64,000 nt of DNA from Lama glama (Eukaryota), in the NCBI GenBank assembly GCA_028534125.1, contig CM052828.1, positions 28,026,001 to 28,090,000 of the forward strand, in the 5' to 3' direction. Below, one piece after another: positions 28,370 to 43,420 of this stretch. The notes below the pieces were generated by a model, which was not told the DNA's origin, did no database searches, and saw only the letters and a program-made list of their open reading frames with translations. The translations under genes were made by a program, and so were the position numbers. Within the stretch, counting starts at the first letter, position 1, and every line of letters begins with the position of its first letter.

Positions 28370-28697
28370 TGATAATAGTTTCCCATCTTGTTGTCAGAAT
28401 CAAGTTTGTGACCTGCTCAGTTATATATGTGAGGAAATGATGTGTTACTGTGCACCAGAAGCTTTGAGAACCAGCATGCTCTCTGACAGTTTCCTCCTGC
28501 CATGACTACTAGCAGCATTACAGATATAGGTTGCTCTGTCAGCTGGAGCTCAGAGTTAAGATGACAAGGGACAGAGATGCAGCTGATCTTCAGTAGATAT
28601 GTAAAAGGAATGAAAATTTAACCTTTGTTGGGGTAAATGCAAAACTTCTGATATTGTTTGTTCCTGTAGCATAGCCTAGATGATTCTAAGAGACACA
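28370..28697 (+). mobile_element. MaLR solo LTR, MLT1J/I-like
   Basis: agaagctttgagaaccagc, ggttgctctgtcagc, aacctttgttg, ttgtttgttcctgtagcatagcctag...aca match my recollection of the MLT1J 3' half. Confidence 0.75.
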
Positions 28698-30829
28698 TTT
28701 TGACTTCTCTTTTTGGTCATGATCATGATCTGCTTCTTTGTTTCTCCAACCACTGCAATATATCATCATTAATTATTTACTAGATCTGCTACACTACCTT
28801 GACTCATGCTCTGCTGAGGCTTTGTCTCCATCTCAAACTTCCACAATTCACAAATGTGTCATAATGTTTCAAATTGTATATCATAAGAATTATAATAAGC
28901 CTGGAGACTAAGAGATATATTTCATCCCTCTTTAGAATTTAATCTTGATATTTTAACATTTATTTTATATAATATAAAATAAACAGATTATTTATTTTAA
29001 TAATTGAACTGAAAATTTAGTTATAATTTTCTTATCAGATCAACTAAAATAAAGCAGTCTTCCTACACTCAGTTGGCTAGCTAATTGTTTCCTTGTGTTA
29101 TTAATAAAGCAAATGATAACTTTTCTGTGTTCATGCTGAGAATATGCTTTTCCTTTAGTAGTCAGACATGCATATAATGTTACTGCAGATATGTGGGAAA
29201 ATGAACAGGCCTAGAGACTTAAATTGCTGCACTAAGGAAAAAGAGATTGAGAAAATATTTATTCTATTATAAATGAGCTAAGCCTATAGGTTCCATGAAA
29301 GTAAGGATTTTGTCTGTTTTAAAATGTCACTGTTAGCAAATGGGAGGTAATTATATACATTTTGAAAAAAATAATGATATTTAAAGATTTTCCTAACTTC
29401 AAATATGTTGGGAGATTCTTACATATGCTTTTTCCTATACAGAAATATCAGGAGCAAAATACCCCATGCATTCTCCATAATTACTACAAAGTTGTTTTAT
29501 TTTATATATCCACAATGAAACACTTATATGAATGTGTCCTTTTACTTCCTCCTTTATATTTACATTTTCATTAAAATATGAAGCAATTATCAAACATAGA
29601 TCTAAATTGATAGGAATCATGATAAATTATTTTTAGACATTAAAGGCAAATATTAGCTTAGAATTATTTTACCTTCGAATTTTAAAGCAAACTGAGAACA
29701 TTTACTGTTAACTTGTAAAGGAATTTTAAAACATTGTGCAAGCTTCCTTTCTGTGATATTTTCTCATTTCCTCTCTTCTTCACCTAAAATCTTTACTGCC
29801 TAAGTTATTCCAATTTTTTTATATTACACAAATTCTGATAATAACCATTATATACAGATAGCCTGGATTTTCCACTGTGGGGATGAAGATCAAAGGAATT
29901 CAAATATATCTGACGTATGATTGTGTAGAATTAGTTATGTAATAACAAAGCACAAATTGTATGTGTATAATAAGACTATTGAAAGTTGAAGAGATTTGTA
30001 TTATCTGATATTTCTTAAATTTATTTTCTACACAAGCACTTACTGTATTTCTATAAGATCACTGTGAAATAGATAAGTTCTTTTACTTTTAAATGGTGAC
30101 ATGATTATCTGGCCATTTAGTGTGGTGGTGATCCAAAGCTTATGAAAAAATAGCAATATGAAAACATCAATATTTAAGTAAAACAATACCTATTTCTGGA
30201 AATGAAAGATCCTATTTTTATTTTATTTTTTACTTATAATAACTGTTCTACTTTTCATTTGTAAATAAGACATTTCATGTTATTACTTTGGTAGTAAACA
30301 TAGGGAACCTCTATGATGAGTTTAATTTGTCTATCATCCTGTATTCCAATTCATCACTTCCCTTTATTCACTTCATTATATATAAGCTTAATTCTTTATC
30401 TCTTTGTAAACAGACAAAACCACTATGGGAAACTCATTCTTACTTTCAAACAAAATTGTTCATTTATATTAAAATTTTGTACTATAATCTACAAAGTTGA
30501 GTGCCCATATTATTGTAGAAAATTGTTACTAAAAGAAAACTATTTCAAATTAATTTCAAATATTTTAATGATGTAGAAAAGGAAAGAACACCAAATAACC
30601 AAATTTCTCACTGCATTATATTCATTACATTTTTTCCCTTTGACTAGATATTTAATAAGACAAATAAAAATCTGGACAGCCTCCTTGAAGGAAACATGCC
30701 ACTAATTTTATGTCATTGTTCTAATTCATTTATTCCTTCAATAAGCATGTGAATCTAGCTCCGTACTACATTCTACTTCTTGAAAAATTAATTTTAAAAA
30801 ATGTTAAATAGTAGTATGATTAGTTTTTT

Positions 30830-33300
30830 TCTAAAACAGACCATGAGACAAGAATGCAAGTCTACATAGTGTATTTTTGAGTTGCATGGAACACAGAGAG
30901 GTAAGTGAATCTGGTAAAGGTAGGTAGTCAAAAAAGGGATATGTTATTGGTCTCATAAAGAAATTCTGGGAAATGCTGAAAAACATCATTGAGGTAAGAG
31001 AGGTCTGAGGTATTTAGGTTGAGGCTACTTTGGTGGGCAGAAAGGTAAAGTATTGGGAGCTTACTGGGGGCAAGGAGAACTTGGCTAGAGGGTGGAGGAT
31101 GGTAATTCACAGGCACAAGTTGCCTTTCTGGACACTGGGCTAGAAAGTGTTCTAGAAAGTCACCTAGTTTCTAGAAAGAATATAGAAATAGATGCAGAAA
31201 CTGGTTGGTTGAAGTGGGCTAAAGGGATCTGGGCAGTCTCCTACAGGGTGACTGATGTCTCTAATATGTGTATTTATATTAGAAGTGATCTTCTGGATAG
31301 TGAAAAATAACCTGAAAGACAGAAACATTAATCTAGAATTTAGGATATCCATATTCAGTTTCCACATTGATGACTGTAATTGGGTTTCATGTTCTTATTG
31401 ATATGTAGTCTGTATTTCTGGGATACTGTTAATGTTGATTGACAGACACACTCATAAATGGAAAACAGGATTTATATGATGTCACCTGTGTTGTGAGAAC
31501 TCAAACTATCTTCATGCCTCCACCAAATCATTCTTTAATCACATAAGTAATGTTTCACAACTTGTCCAAACACAACAAGTTGGCATACTCTATTCTCCTC
31601 CTTTCCACCTCTGTTTCACTGGGGTATTATCTTGTGTTATAATCCAAACTAAAAGTGGCAAATCTAACACCAATGGCCACTGAAAGTCATGCTGCTGACA
31701 TCCTTGCTAATACCTGTGAGTGGCTTTTGTAAAGTCCTTGAAGGTTTAACTTAGAGTTGCAACCATGTGCTCTAAAGGTGTCTTCTATTGCAGAATAGAA
31801 GACTGTAAGATTCTCAATGTTCCAAACCACACTTTTTAATACTCTTGAAAGCCTTTTGCTTTACTACATGAGGGCATGGTAAACTGGGTCAGAGTCATAG
31901 TGTTTTATTAATTATCTCTTAGTTATTCTTACTTTTCTTGAAAGATGTGCATGCCTCTCTTAGAGGACAAAAACTGACCTATCACAGAGCCTCTTACTCA
32001 GGTTTCTTATTCTGCCCAGTCATTCAGTATAATCAAACATGCTGCAATACTGGGATAAACAAAGTTCAGTCATCTTGCCCTTATCATGCTGTGATACTAA
32101 AAATCTGTGTATCTTTAGGTATATCCTTAATATGTCTGGATAGTAATATAGTGATTTAAACTTCATCAAGTCTCTGGTATAAAGGTATTATGTTTTTCAA
32201 ATGTCACAGTAAAATGATATGTGTGTCAGTTTAATAATTATTCAGAAAGAACAAACTGGAAAATAAATTTTCTGTGAGTTTGCTGCTAATAGTTTATCAT
32301 GCTTGAAATAGAATATCTTCTGTTCATGAATTTTTTATTATGGATAAATAATGTGTCCTTATGTTCTCCTTCAAATGCAGTGGTCTTACTGACCTCCCAC
32401 ATTTCCTTGCTTCCTTCCCATATCCATCATAAGATAAAACCCCATTAGCAAAATTCACATCAAAATTTGTTGTCATCAATGCAAGTTTGTCACAAATGAT
32501 TCTCTATCCTCCCATGTGAGATTGTGAGGCAGTCTTTATGGAGAGATTTATTGTATATACTTAAAGGAATAGAGCATTGTTGTGATAAACTCATTATCAT
32601 ATTGCTACTACATCAGAAAAATTTTATATCATCTGTAATATAGAACATAGAGATAATAAATTTTATTAAAATCTCAATGGTTATCCAACATTCATCTCCC
32701 TATGTGCACAGGAGTGCACCACCCATACATTTTTATTTCTGACAAAGATGAATTATTCTGTATATTTAGTTTTCCCATAATTTTCTATATTTTCTTGAAC
32801 ATGCTTTATCTGGTTGGGAAAAAAGTTTCAGTTGTACTCAACCAGTAAGAGGTGCTTCCAAAGGAGACTTTCTATGGAGTATTGAAATATTGTGTTTTTG
32901 TTTTAATATCAGAAGAACAGGCCAAAATGTAACTGACAGATGGGAGCTGGAGTCTTAGAGGGTAAGGCACTAGTTTCATTTAATTAGATTATGTGCAGAA
33001 CCAAGCCTAATGCCAACTATAATGCTTTTTGATGGATTTTGATTATCTATGCTTGATTAGATCCTCTTTACATTACTTCAGTTTACTCTCATTTTAAAGA
33101 ATAGATGGAATTTCTTCACAGCAGTGGCACATATCCATTTGGGGCAGGGAATAATCAAGCACAGCCACTATTTCCCTGACTTACTCACATACACAGTAAC
33201 CTGTTTTCTCTGCTGCTTCACAAGAATTACTGAAACATTTTTTCCCTATTGCCGCTGGATCATTCTCTGTGATTTCCTTATATTTTGATTCTAAAGTTAT
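30830..33300 (-). mobile_element. Highly decayed ERVL-class LTR (LTR16/LTR33-like, ~30830-31245) with probable internal sequence
   Basis: aaacagaccatgagacaagaatgcaagt and tctgggcagtctcctaca resemble rc LTR16/33 ends; internal part inferred from weak similarity only. Confidence 0.45.
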
Positions 33301-33989
33301 TCAGAAATAAATGCATTATTCCTTAAAATAAAAAAAACAGAATATGAATTCACCTGGACATTCACTTATTGTTTCTCTTGTCTTTAGTGAAAAACATACC
33401 TATGTCCTCCCTGAAAATAAGACTCATTCTTAATGACCTCAAGAAATGAAGAGTCCATAACCTTTCAAATTTTTAAGCTTTATTTATCAAACTGCAATAT
33501 TGACTGTTAAACTTATTTCTAGATGCTAGGTATATGTCACCCTATATTTTCCCGCTCAGTGAAGATGGGAAAATATGTCTGTCTGGGATTTTCTTTATGA
33601 AATTAATGCTTTTATGACTGTCAGGTAGATAATGTTTAGCATTTTTTTTCTTTTCTTTTCTTTTCTCAATAAATTATTTTTCTATTCTTAGGGCAAAATA
33701 GCAACTTTTAAATATCAAGAATATGGATTTATTATATTCAATTTAATAAAGTTAAGTAAATATGATACTTCTGAAGTTAAGATCACATGAAAATTTAAGT
33801 AATCTAAAGTGTTAATATAAAGATTGATGCTTGAATCTTTCTATATGTGAAATCCATCTTTTCTCATAATTTCCTTAGAGATACAGAGAGAAGTCATTTG
33901 TCTCAGAAAAATAGTTCATTATTTTAACACATAAATCAATTATTTTATTTTAACTCTCATTTCAAATTTAGCACATATAAAAAACTCTC

Positions 33990-34150
33990 AAGGTGGTGGG
34001 TGAAAGGGGCCAAAAAATACAAATTTCTAGTTATAAACTAAGTCATAGGGATACGATGTAAAGCACGGTCTAATAGCTAATAATTACTGCATTGACTATT
34101 TGAAAGTTACTAAGAGAGTAGGTCATAAGAGTCCTCATCACAAGAAATAA
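33990..34150 (+). mobile_element. L1MA-like 3'UTR fragment
   Basis: tctagttataaa, tttgaaagttactaagagagtagg, tcctcatcacaagaaa. Confidence 0.8.
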
Positions 34151-34339
34151 ATGACTATATTCAATAAGCATCACTTTATTTGTTGAATTTTTTTGGTTGC
34201 TACTAAAAGAGATTCAATCCAGTCTAACTCAGATGTATTTTAAAATATTTGTCATCATTATGGAATAACTCTTCTGGAAGAACAGTAATAGCAATAAAGC
34301 TTGGTATGTAGAGACAATATTATACCTTTAGAAATGAAA

Positions 34340-36436
34340 TATTTTTTGAAATATAGGTGATTTACAATATTATATGACTTTCAGATGTACAGCATAGTGA
34401 GTCAGCACTTTTAGTAATTATATTCTACTGAGTTATTAAAAGATAATGTCTATAATACCCTGTGCTATACAATATATTCTAATTGCTTATCTATATTATA
34501 CAGAGTAGTTTGTATTTCAATCTTATCCACTAATTTGCCTCCCTTTCCCTCTCCCCACTGGCAACCACTAGTTTTTTCCCATACCTTTTGAATCTGTTTC
34601 TGTTTCTGTCTTGTTTCACTTTGAAGATTCCACACATAAATGATACCATATAGTATTTGTCTCTCTCTGTCTGACTCATTTTCACTTAGCATAAAGCCCT
34701 CCAAATCTACCCACATTGCTGCAAAGGGGAGAATTTCATTCTTTTTATGGCTAAATGATATTCCATACTTATAGACCACATGTTTTATGCATTCATCAGT
34801 TGATGGACACTTGAGTGGCATCCATATCTTGGCTGTTGTAAATAGTGTAAATAGTGCTATTGTGAACATTGGAGTACATGTACCTTTTTGGATTAGCTTT
34901 TCTTTTTTTTCTCATTTTTTTTTCCTGGTTATATACCCAAGAGAGGAATTGCTGGATCATATGACATTTCTATTTTTAATTTTTTAAGAAACTTTCATAT
35001 TGTTTTCCATAGTGGCTGTACCAATGTACATTCCAACCAACAGTGTACAAGGATTCTCTTTTCTCCACATCCTTCACAACATTTGCTATTGTGGAGTTTT
35101 TTGTGATAGTCATTCTGACAGGTGTGAGGAGATATCTCACTGCTGTTTTGATTTTCATTTTTCTAGTAATTAGTAATGCTGAACATCTTTTTGTGTGCCC
35201 GTTAGCCATTTGTATATCTTCTTTGGAAAATGTCTCCTGCCCATTTTTTAATTGGTTAGTTTATTTTTTTATATTAAGTTGTATGAACTATTTACACATT
35301 TTGGACATTAACCTTTGTTGGTCATATAAGTTACAATAATTTTCTCCCATTTTATATTTGTCTTTTTATATCATTGATGATTTTCTTTGTTGTGCAAAAG
35401 ATTTTAAGTTTAATTAGGTCCTATTCATTTATTTTGCTTTTATTTCTTTTGCCTTGGAAGACAGATCCAAAAGGATATCACTATGATTTATGTCAAAGAG
35501 TGTTCTGCCTATGTTCTCTTCTAGGAGTTTTATAGTTTTAGGCTTTACAGTTATGTCTTTAATCCATATTGAGTTATTTTTACATATGATGTGAGGAAAT
35601 GTTCTAATCTCATGCTTCCACTTGTAGCTGTCCAGTTTTCCCAGCATTATTTATTGAAGAAACTACATTTATTCCATTCTTTCCTCCTGTGTCATAGATT
35701 AATTGACCATAAAAGTGTGGAATTATTTCTGGTCTTTTTATTCTGTTTCATTGGTATGCATCTGTTTTTGTGCAAGTACCATGCCCTTCTGATAACTGTA
35801 GCTTTGTACTATAGTCTCATGTCAGAATGTGATACCTCCAGCTTTGTTCTTTTTTCTCAAAATTGTTTTGGGAATTTAGGGTCTTTGTGGTTACATATGA
35901 ATTTAGATAATTTGTTCTAGTTCTGTGAAAAATATCATGGATGTTTTGATAGTGATTGCATTAAATGTATAGATTTGAGTAGAATGGCCATTTTAACAAT
36001 ATCAATACTTCCAATCCATGAGCACAGAATATCTTTCCAACTCTTTCTATCATCTTCAATTTTCTTCATCAATATTTTATAGTTTTGAGAGTATAGGTCT
36101 TTCTCCTCCTTAGTTAATTTAATTCCTAGTTATTTTATTGTCTTTGATTTTAAATGGGATTTCTTATTTTCTCATTCTGATAGTTCATTATTAATGTATA
36201 GAAAAGCAACAGACTTCTTTATATCAATCTTATGTCCTGAAACTTTACTGAATTTACTTATTAGTTTTGATAGGTTTTGGATGGAGTCTTCAGATTTTTC
36301 TATACAAATTACCGTGTTATTTGCCAATAGTGACAGTTTTACTTCTTCCCTTTAAATTTGTTGCATGTACTTTATTTTTCTTTCTTGTATGATTATTTCT
36401 GTGGCTAGAACTTCCAATACTATGCTAGAAAGAATG
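34340..36436 (-). mobile_element. 5'-truncated LINE-1 (3'UTR plus ORF2 C-terminus back to RT)
   Basis: ORFs 34976..35209 (RYLLTPVRMTI), 34465..34869 and 35429..35647 (TIKLLEENIG). Confidence 0.95.
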
Positions 36437-36439
36437 GCT

Positions 36440-36580
36440 CATTTAGAAGTTTGATTGGGCCCAACCTGATAACCAAGAATAATCTTCCAATTTTAAGGTC
36501 TGAAATCTTAAATTGTATCCACAAAGTCCCTTTTGAGATGTAACATAACACATTCACCAGTTTCATACCAAGAGGGATTA
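36440..36580 (-). mobile_element. MaLR LTR fragment (MLT1B/C-like)
   Basis: gattgggcccaacctgataaccaagaataatcttccaattttaaggtc; aaagtcccttttg. Confidence 0.65.
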
Positions 36581-37104
36581 CTTTTTAGCACCAGAAAGTG
36601 TTTTCATGCTTCCAAATTGTATGTGTAACTTTATAATAATCTTTGACCCTGGGGGTAACCTGATAATTTTTCTGTTCTCAGAGTACAAAAAAAACTCCAT
36701 AAAAATTTCAGAAAATAAATGCATGCATGTGATTATTTTGTATATCTGAGGGTTATGAATCATATTTCTGTTTATACACACAGTCATGTGTTAATGAGGA
36801 GAAAGGTGACATTTGTCTACCTTAAGTATTTTTTTCTAAATTGTACACTTTTTTCTTCTTAAAAAAAAAGCACCATAATTTTTACAGGCTACCTTACTTT
36901 TTAATTAAATGTTTGAAAACTATGATAAATATAACATAAAAAAGAAAAAATAAAGTACAGGATTTCTTAAAGACCCATAAAAAATTCTAACTTTGAGTTT
37001 CTTTGAAATGTAAGTAAAATGAGATTTATCCTTTTTTAGTTGCCCACTTTGTCCTGCACTGATTGTCTCCTCCTATTCTTGTCTTGAAAATTTATCCTAT
37101 TCTG

Positions 37105-38430
37105 ACCAAATAAGTGAAATACTTCTAAACTGAGAACAATAAACAGTGATTAAGGAAATTAAAGATTATTTAAAGAAATGGAAAGATTTCTCATACTCCT
37201 GGATGAGAAAAATTAATATTATTAAAATGACCACACTGCCTAAAGCAATCAACAGATTTGATGCAATCTCCATCAAATTACTCAGGATATTTTTCAAAGA
37301 ACTGGAACAAATAACTCTAAAATTTATTTGGAATCACAGAAGACCCCAAGTCACCAAAGTAATACTAAAGAAAAAGTATAAAGTTGGAGGTATAACCCTC
37401 CCAGTCTTCAGACAATACTATAGAGCAACAGTAATCAAAATGGTATGGTATTGGCACAAAAACAGACATATGGATCAACAGAATAGAGAGCCTGGAAATA
37501 AAACCAAATGCCTATAGTCAATTAATCTTTGGCAAAGGAGGAAAGAATATACAATAGAGAAAAGATAGCCTCTTTGACAAGTGGTTTTGGGATAGTTGGA
37601 CAGCTGTATGTAACTCAATGAAGTTAAAATAGTCCTTCACATCATACATGAAAATAAACTCAAAATGGCTTAAAGACTTAAATATAAGACAAGACACTAT
37701 CTACCTCCTAGAAGAAAACCTAGGCAGAATATTCTCTAAAATATATTTTAGCAGTGTTCTCCCAAGGCAGTCTACCAAGGTAACAGAAATAAAAGCAAAA
37801 CTAAAGAAATTGGCCTGAATTAAACTTATAAACTTTTGAACAGCAAGGAAACTATCAAAAAAACAAGAAGACAACCTACAGAAAGGGAGAAAATATTTGC
37901 AAATGATGTAATTAATTTCCAAAAGATACAAACAGCCCATAGAACTTAATAATAACAACAATAAAAATTTTTAAAAAACTAATCAAAAATGGGTCAAAGT
38001 CCAAAACAAACATTTCTTTAGTGAAGACATAAAAATACTCAATAGGCACATGAAAAAATGCTCAATATCACTATTAGATGAAATGCAAACCAAAACTACA
38101 ATAAGGTATTACCTCACACCAGTCAGAATGGCATCATTGAGAAGTTCACCAGTAATAAATGTATAAGGGAGAAGGTATGAGAAAAGGAAACCCTCTTACA
38201 CTGTTTGTAATTTGGTGCAGCCATTATAGAAAACAGTTTGGTAATTCCTTTTAAAACTAAAACTAAACTTACTCTAAGATCCAGCAATCCCACTTCAGTG
38301 TGTATATCAGGAGGAATCTTGATTTTGAAAGATACATGTGCCCCAATGTTCATAGCAGCACTAGTTACAATAGCCAAGACATGGAAGTAACCTAAATATC
38401 TATATCTATCTATCTATCTATCTATCTATC

Positions 38431-38480
<50 letters not shown>

Positions 38481-38990
38481 ATGTGTGTATGTGTATCTCA
38501 CATTATTCCATATTCCTCTGTATGTATGGAATATGTATTTATACATGCAATGGACTCAGCCATAAAAACATGCATATTTGCAGTAACATATATAGAACTG
38601 GAGATCATCCTTCTAAGTAAAGTAATGCAGAAAAACAAAAAAATACCATATTATATCACATATATGTGGAATTTTAAAAAATGTTAAACAAAATCTTATT
38701 TACAAAACAGAAACAGACTCAAAGACATAGAAAATAAATTGTGGTTACTTGAGGGGTAAGAGGGTAGAGGGATAAATTAGGAGTTTAGGATTTGTAGATA
38801 CTAAATACTATATGTAAAATAAACAGCAGGGTCCTACTTTATACCACAGGGGACTATATTCAATACTGTGTAATAGCCTATTAAGAAAAAAGAATATGAA
38901 AAGGAATATATATAATATATATAACTGAATCATGCTGTACACCAGAAATTAACACATTGTAAATTGACTATATTACATAAAAATAAAAAT
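37105..38990 (+). mobile_element. 5'-truncated LINE-1 (ORF2 C-terminal third plus 3'UTR)
   Basis: ORF 37146..37517 ([31 protein letters not shown]); A-rich end at ~38980. Confidence 0.95.
38398..38480 (+). repeat. (TCTA)n microsatellite within L1
   Basis: Directly visible. Confidence 0.97.
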
Positions 38991-39129
38991 GCAAATAGTA
39001 TAAAAAAAGCAATTTCTTCCTGTGGAACACTTTCTTTTTAACTTAGTACTTTGTACATATATCAGTTACAGCATTTATCATTCTATCTAATGATCTTGAC
39101 TTTTCTCTTTCTCCTTTTGTTTTTTACTT

Positions 39130-39250
39130 CATAGTTTTAAAGGACAAGAACAGTGACTATTTCTAAGCTTTCAGAGCCTAACATTGTGATAGGAATAAAC
39201 TATGATTGTGGGTGAATGAATAAATGAATGAAAGAATGAGTGAGTGAATG
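39130..39250 (+). mobile_element. LINE-2 3' end
   Basis: Ends in the (tgaa)n tail typical of L2: gtgaatgaataaatgaatgaaagaatgagtgagtgaatg. Confidence 0.65.
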
Positions 39251-42119
39251 TAAATACTTTGGATTTTCTCTTTTCTCTTTGGTGAGAAAGGCACTACCAT
39301 AGCCTATGGATTTATAGTAGGTAATATGTGTTAAATGTTGACACAATAAATCCAGAGAAATTCAAGAAAGTAAATTTACATCTTACAACAAATTTCTTAT
39401 CTCAAAACTGTAGTATATAATACAGCAAAGTTATTTTATGCATTTCCTCATATGCTATCTGAAATTTTATTTTTAATATACTGACATTTTTTTTTCTGAA
39501 AATGCATTGCTATATAGAAGCACTAAAATGACCCTTGTATTAATCATAAGTGAATATTTTTATTTCACTATCCTTTTTATTTTCAAAATGATTACTTATA
39601 AAATTTAAACTCTTGGTAGGGTTATTTAGCTTTGATCTAAGAAGCTTTCCTTTCCTGGTCTCTGAAATGAAACACTTCTCCCATATATAACTGACAAGAG
39701 TCACATATCTTGTGGGATTTATTTCTTTCAGTTTGTTTTTTCTTGTGCCCTTATCTCTCTTTTACTTTCTTCCTTTCCTTTTAGTGATAAGGTCTCTCAT
39801 TTTTCTTGTGTTCATCTGCTACTTGTTCTTCACTTATCAGTTTCCATCTTCCTAATTTATATATTCTGCCTCTGTCTTTTCCTCCATTTTTTAAATTGAC
39901 TTTACCTTGTTCTTTTCTCCTAACATTTTGCATTTCCCCCAATTAGCATGCTGACAATTGCCCCTTTTATATTGAAATCACTGAATATTAGGTTATTGTT
40001 TCTATTTATTATTATGTATTTTTATGTACCTCCTAGGCAATTTTCCTAAGTTTTTATCTATTTTTATTTTATTCTATTTTCTCTCTTCTCCATTTGCCCT
40101 GACTACTCATTTAACTTTAACTTGATTTTATCAGATTATTTTTATTTAACCATATATTTTTATTCTCCCATGCTAACTGCACATACTCATTTTTCTCTCC
40201 TACATCATAGCCATGAACATTTTTCATTGCTTTCTGGGGGAGCTTAGGATACCTGAGTTTAATATTAGCTTAGAAAAGTATAATTATCTGCCTTATAGAA
40301 AAAGCTTCTGTAGTACAATATTATCAATTCCAGAATTGACTGCTTCTATAATAAATAAGAAGAAATGTAGAAACCTAATAATAGAATTATGAAACATTAA
40401 ATATCACTGGGTATCTATCTGTGGCCAAATATGCCTGAACTGAAAAAGAAGATGTAAGTTGCACCCACTTGCTCTAACCTAATTCTGATAGTTGTCTTTA
40501 AAAACCTCCTTACCTTTTACAATTTTGTGAGGTAATTTAAAATGTTGCCATTTCATAATATATTTACTAATATATTGATTTTATTCTAAAAATGCAAGTA
40601 AAATATGTGACAAGTAAGTGACTGAGTATTACAAAGAAGTAGAATATTTCCACTTTAAAACTGTTTCACTGAGAGGAAACTGTCTTTTGGTTAATCCTTT
40701 ATAACACTGTTTCACAAGGTTCTCTTGTTTACTGTCCATTTCTGCTTTGCCAATAGAAAGCGTGAGAACACCCCCCTCTATTTCTGAATGATTTGCCTGT
40801 GAGTTACACCCTGCAATTAAGCTACCTTAGAAAGCTAATGTATTACTCTGATTCTGAAAATCAATTGAATATTTTTAGTGAAAAAAGATAATCTTCACTT
40901 GTGGTAACTCAAACAATGTGGCAGGCAACTATTCAGTTTACACTAACACAACTTGGACAGATTTCATAGAAGAAGTTGATATTCTGAAATGTGCCTTTTA
41001 ATGACTGATATCAAACTCTGGAATATAGCACATGTTAAAGAAACTTAAAATGTCTAATTTCTATTTTATCCAATGTAATCCACCTCAATTATAAGACAAA
41101 CTGGTATTTTATGAACCATTAGGAATGAAACTATTAAGAAAAATGAACTGTTGACAATTTACTGTAAGTCATTAATTGCTGGAAATATTAATTTTACAGA
41201 TATTTAAATATGAAAAATAGAAATCTTAGAATTTATAAAATCCAATATAAACATATCAAACATTTAAATTCTAAAAAAAGGTTACTTCATATTTAAAGTT
41301 TTCAATAATATTTTTAATTTCATTTTCAGGTGGAATTGGAAATATTTTCCTTTGATGATCTTAATGAATGATAGTGATCTAGAAAAATGCTTGGCACACA
41401 CAAAATATCAATAACAACAACCTTGTAAGACTATCTGAAATCTAAATAGATTAATCCAAGTATTAAGCACAGTGGCTCCCAATATAGAAACTCAGGTTTA
41501 TTATTCTTAAAATATGATCCTAATTAAGAGCACCATCACCCAATACTATGAGATAAATGCACATTATTGATCATTGAAGCCACTCTCCATTTCCTTTCTA
41601 GAAAATGGAATGATTAAGTGATGCTTAATTAGTATAAGCAGTTTCAACTTATCAAATATGATTACTGCCAAAATTCAAGTTTGTTTAAACTCTGTATTTC
41701 TTTGTTATTAATCAATTCTCTGCTTACATGTGGACAATGGGAAACTTTGCTGAGTGCAAACACCTATGCCTAGCTATGCCAAGCAGATACCTTCTCTGAG
41801 GTCATATCAAAGCTGTTGTGCATTGCTATGAAGCAGCACTCAACTCCATCCTTCATAAGATCCACTGAAAATTGGGGTTCAAAACCTCTACTCCATTAGT
41901 ATCATAAAGGCATTTTTGCTTACTCCACTCCTTCTAAGTTATTAAGCATAATCTCCTCAGTGAGCTCGGGCTGTTTATAAAATACTAGAGATAAACAGAG
42001 TTACATATTGAAGGCAGCTATTTATTACTAGCCTTTCAAATTTCTCCAAGCAAGAATAAAATACTAGTGAAAATCAGGATCAGGATAATACCTAGCTAGC
42101 TATTATTATAATTATTATA

Positions 42120-43420
42120 ACTATTACTCTTTGGAAAATAGAAAAATTCCTGGAGGCATGAATTTGGTTTGTGAGGTAGAATAAAAGAAAGGAGTATGAA
42201 AACAGAACAAACAAGGTGAGGCCATGATAGAGAAAATGTTAATAAATTAGGTGTTATGAAGATCATTTTCATAGGGCCTCTGAGATATGTGCCAACTTCC
42301 TTCCTGATTTTTTCTTCCCAAGGATGAAAGGCTAGAGCATATAAACCTTTGTTTCTCTCCTCTATTTTTTGAAGATCACACCTGGAGTTAACTTTGTCAA
42401 CTTTCTGAGATAGACCTGCTCAAATTGAGCAGCATCTTGGGCTTCAAATTAGAACTTTAGGACAGAAAACTTGAGATTCATTCTAAGAGTGCTTGAGTTA
42501 CCACTTTTCAGTGTACATAGAGTTCTCCACATCTGTGGGTGAAATGAGAGGTGGATCAAAAAGATGAATAGATTACCAAAGCATCTACTAGAGTTTTTCT
42601 CTTGCATTGTGCAGATGGTCTCATGACCCAGTATTAATTAACTCTGTCATTAATTTTTCCAGTTTTTGGCTACCTGCAATTTCTAAATATAGAATATGAA
42701 TACCAAAAGGCTAGAAAAACAAGTTATATCCCACTTCTGCAACTGCTTTTGAAACTGTAATTTATGTTCATTATTATTTTCCTTCACTCTCCAATTTAGA
42801 TTTCCCTAATCATCAGCCATCCAAATCTAGAATGGGTGATAAAAGAGGAAATAATATATAGTAATCAATTCTTCAAGATCAACTGCCAAAGTAGAAACTG
42901 TAGCCTCTTCCAAACTTGTTTTCTTGGTTAGTCTATTGTGTAGCCATGAGGCCAAAAGAATGAAATAAGGGATAGAGGAAAATGTAACAAAGCCATATTG
43001 CAAAGGGTTTAGTCTAGTCATTGAGATAACTTACATCTTCTGTCCTTCAATTTTGGCTTCAATCCCGTGTGCATCATTTCTAGGGTACAATGGGTTGCTG
43101 AAATGTTTGCCTGTCAGTTATGATTCAGCAGATTAGAAAATACTTACACAGTCCATTTATGACAGCTACAATACTATAATCACTTGATATCACACAGGAA
43201 GGTGTTGCCTCTACTATTGAATCAGAATTGTTATAAATTTTTAAATATTCTTTTGTTGTAAAAGGCATGGTTTTGCTCTAGATTCTTAGTGGTTGGTGTT
43301 GCAATTCTTCTATAGAGATTTTCCAGAATGTCCATTCTTTTTATTTATCTACAGAAAGCAGAAATATTTATCCACCATCTCTTATCTCTCCTTTATTAAA
43401 GATTCCTTCAGAGACTTCAA
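42120..43420 (-). mobile_element. Decayed ERVL-class LTR plus internal remnant
   Basis: aaagcatctacta followed by cttgcattgtgcagat resembles the rc LTR16/33-internal junction at ~42590. Confidence 0.4.

Noticed and set aside
41330..41415. Possible MIR core fragment
   Set aside because: Similarity (atgcttggcacac...tcaataa) is too short to support by eye.
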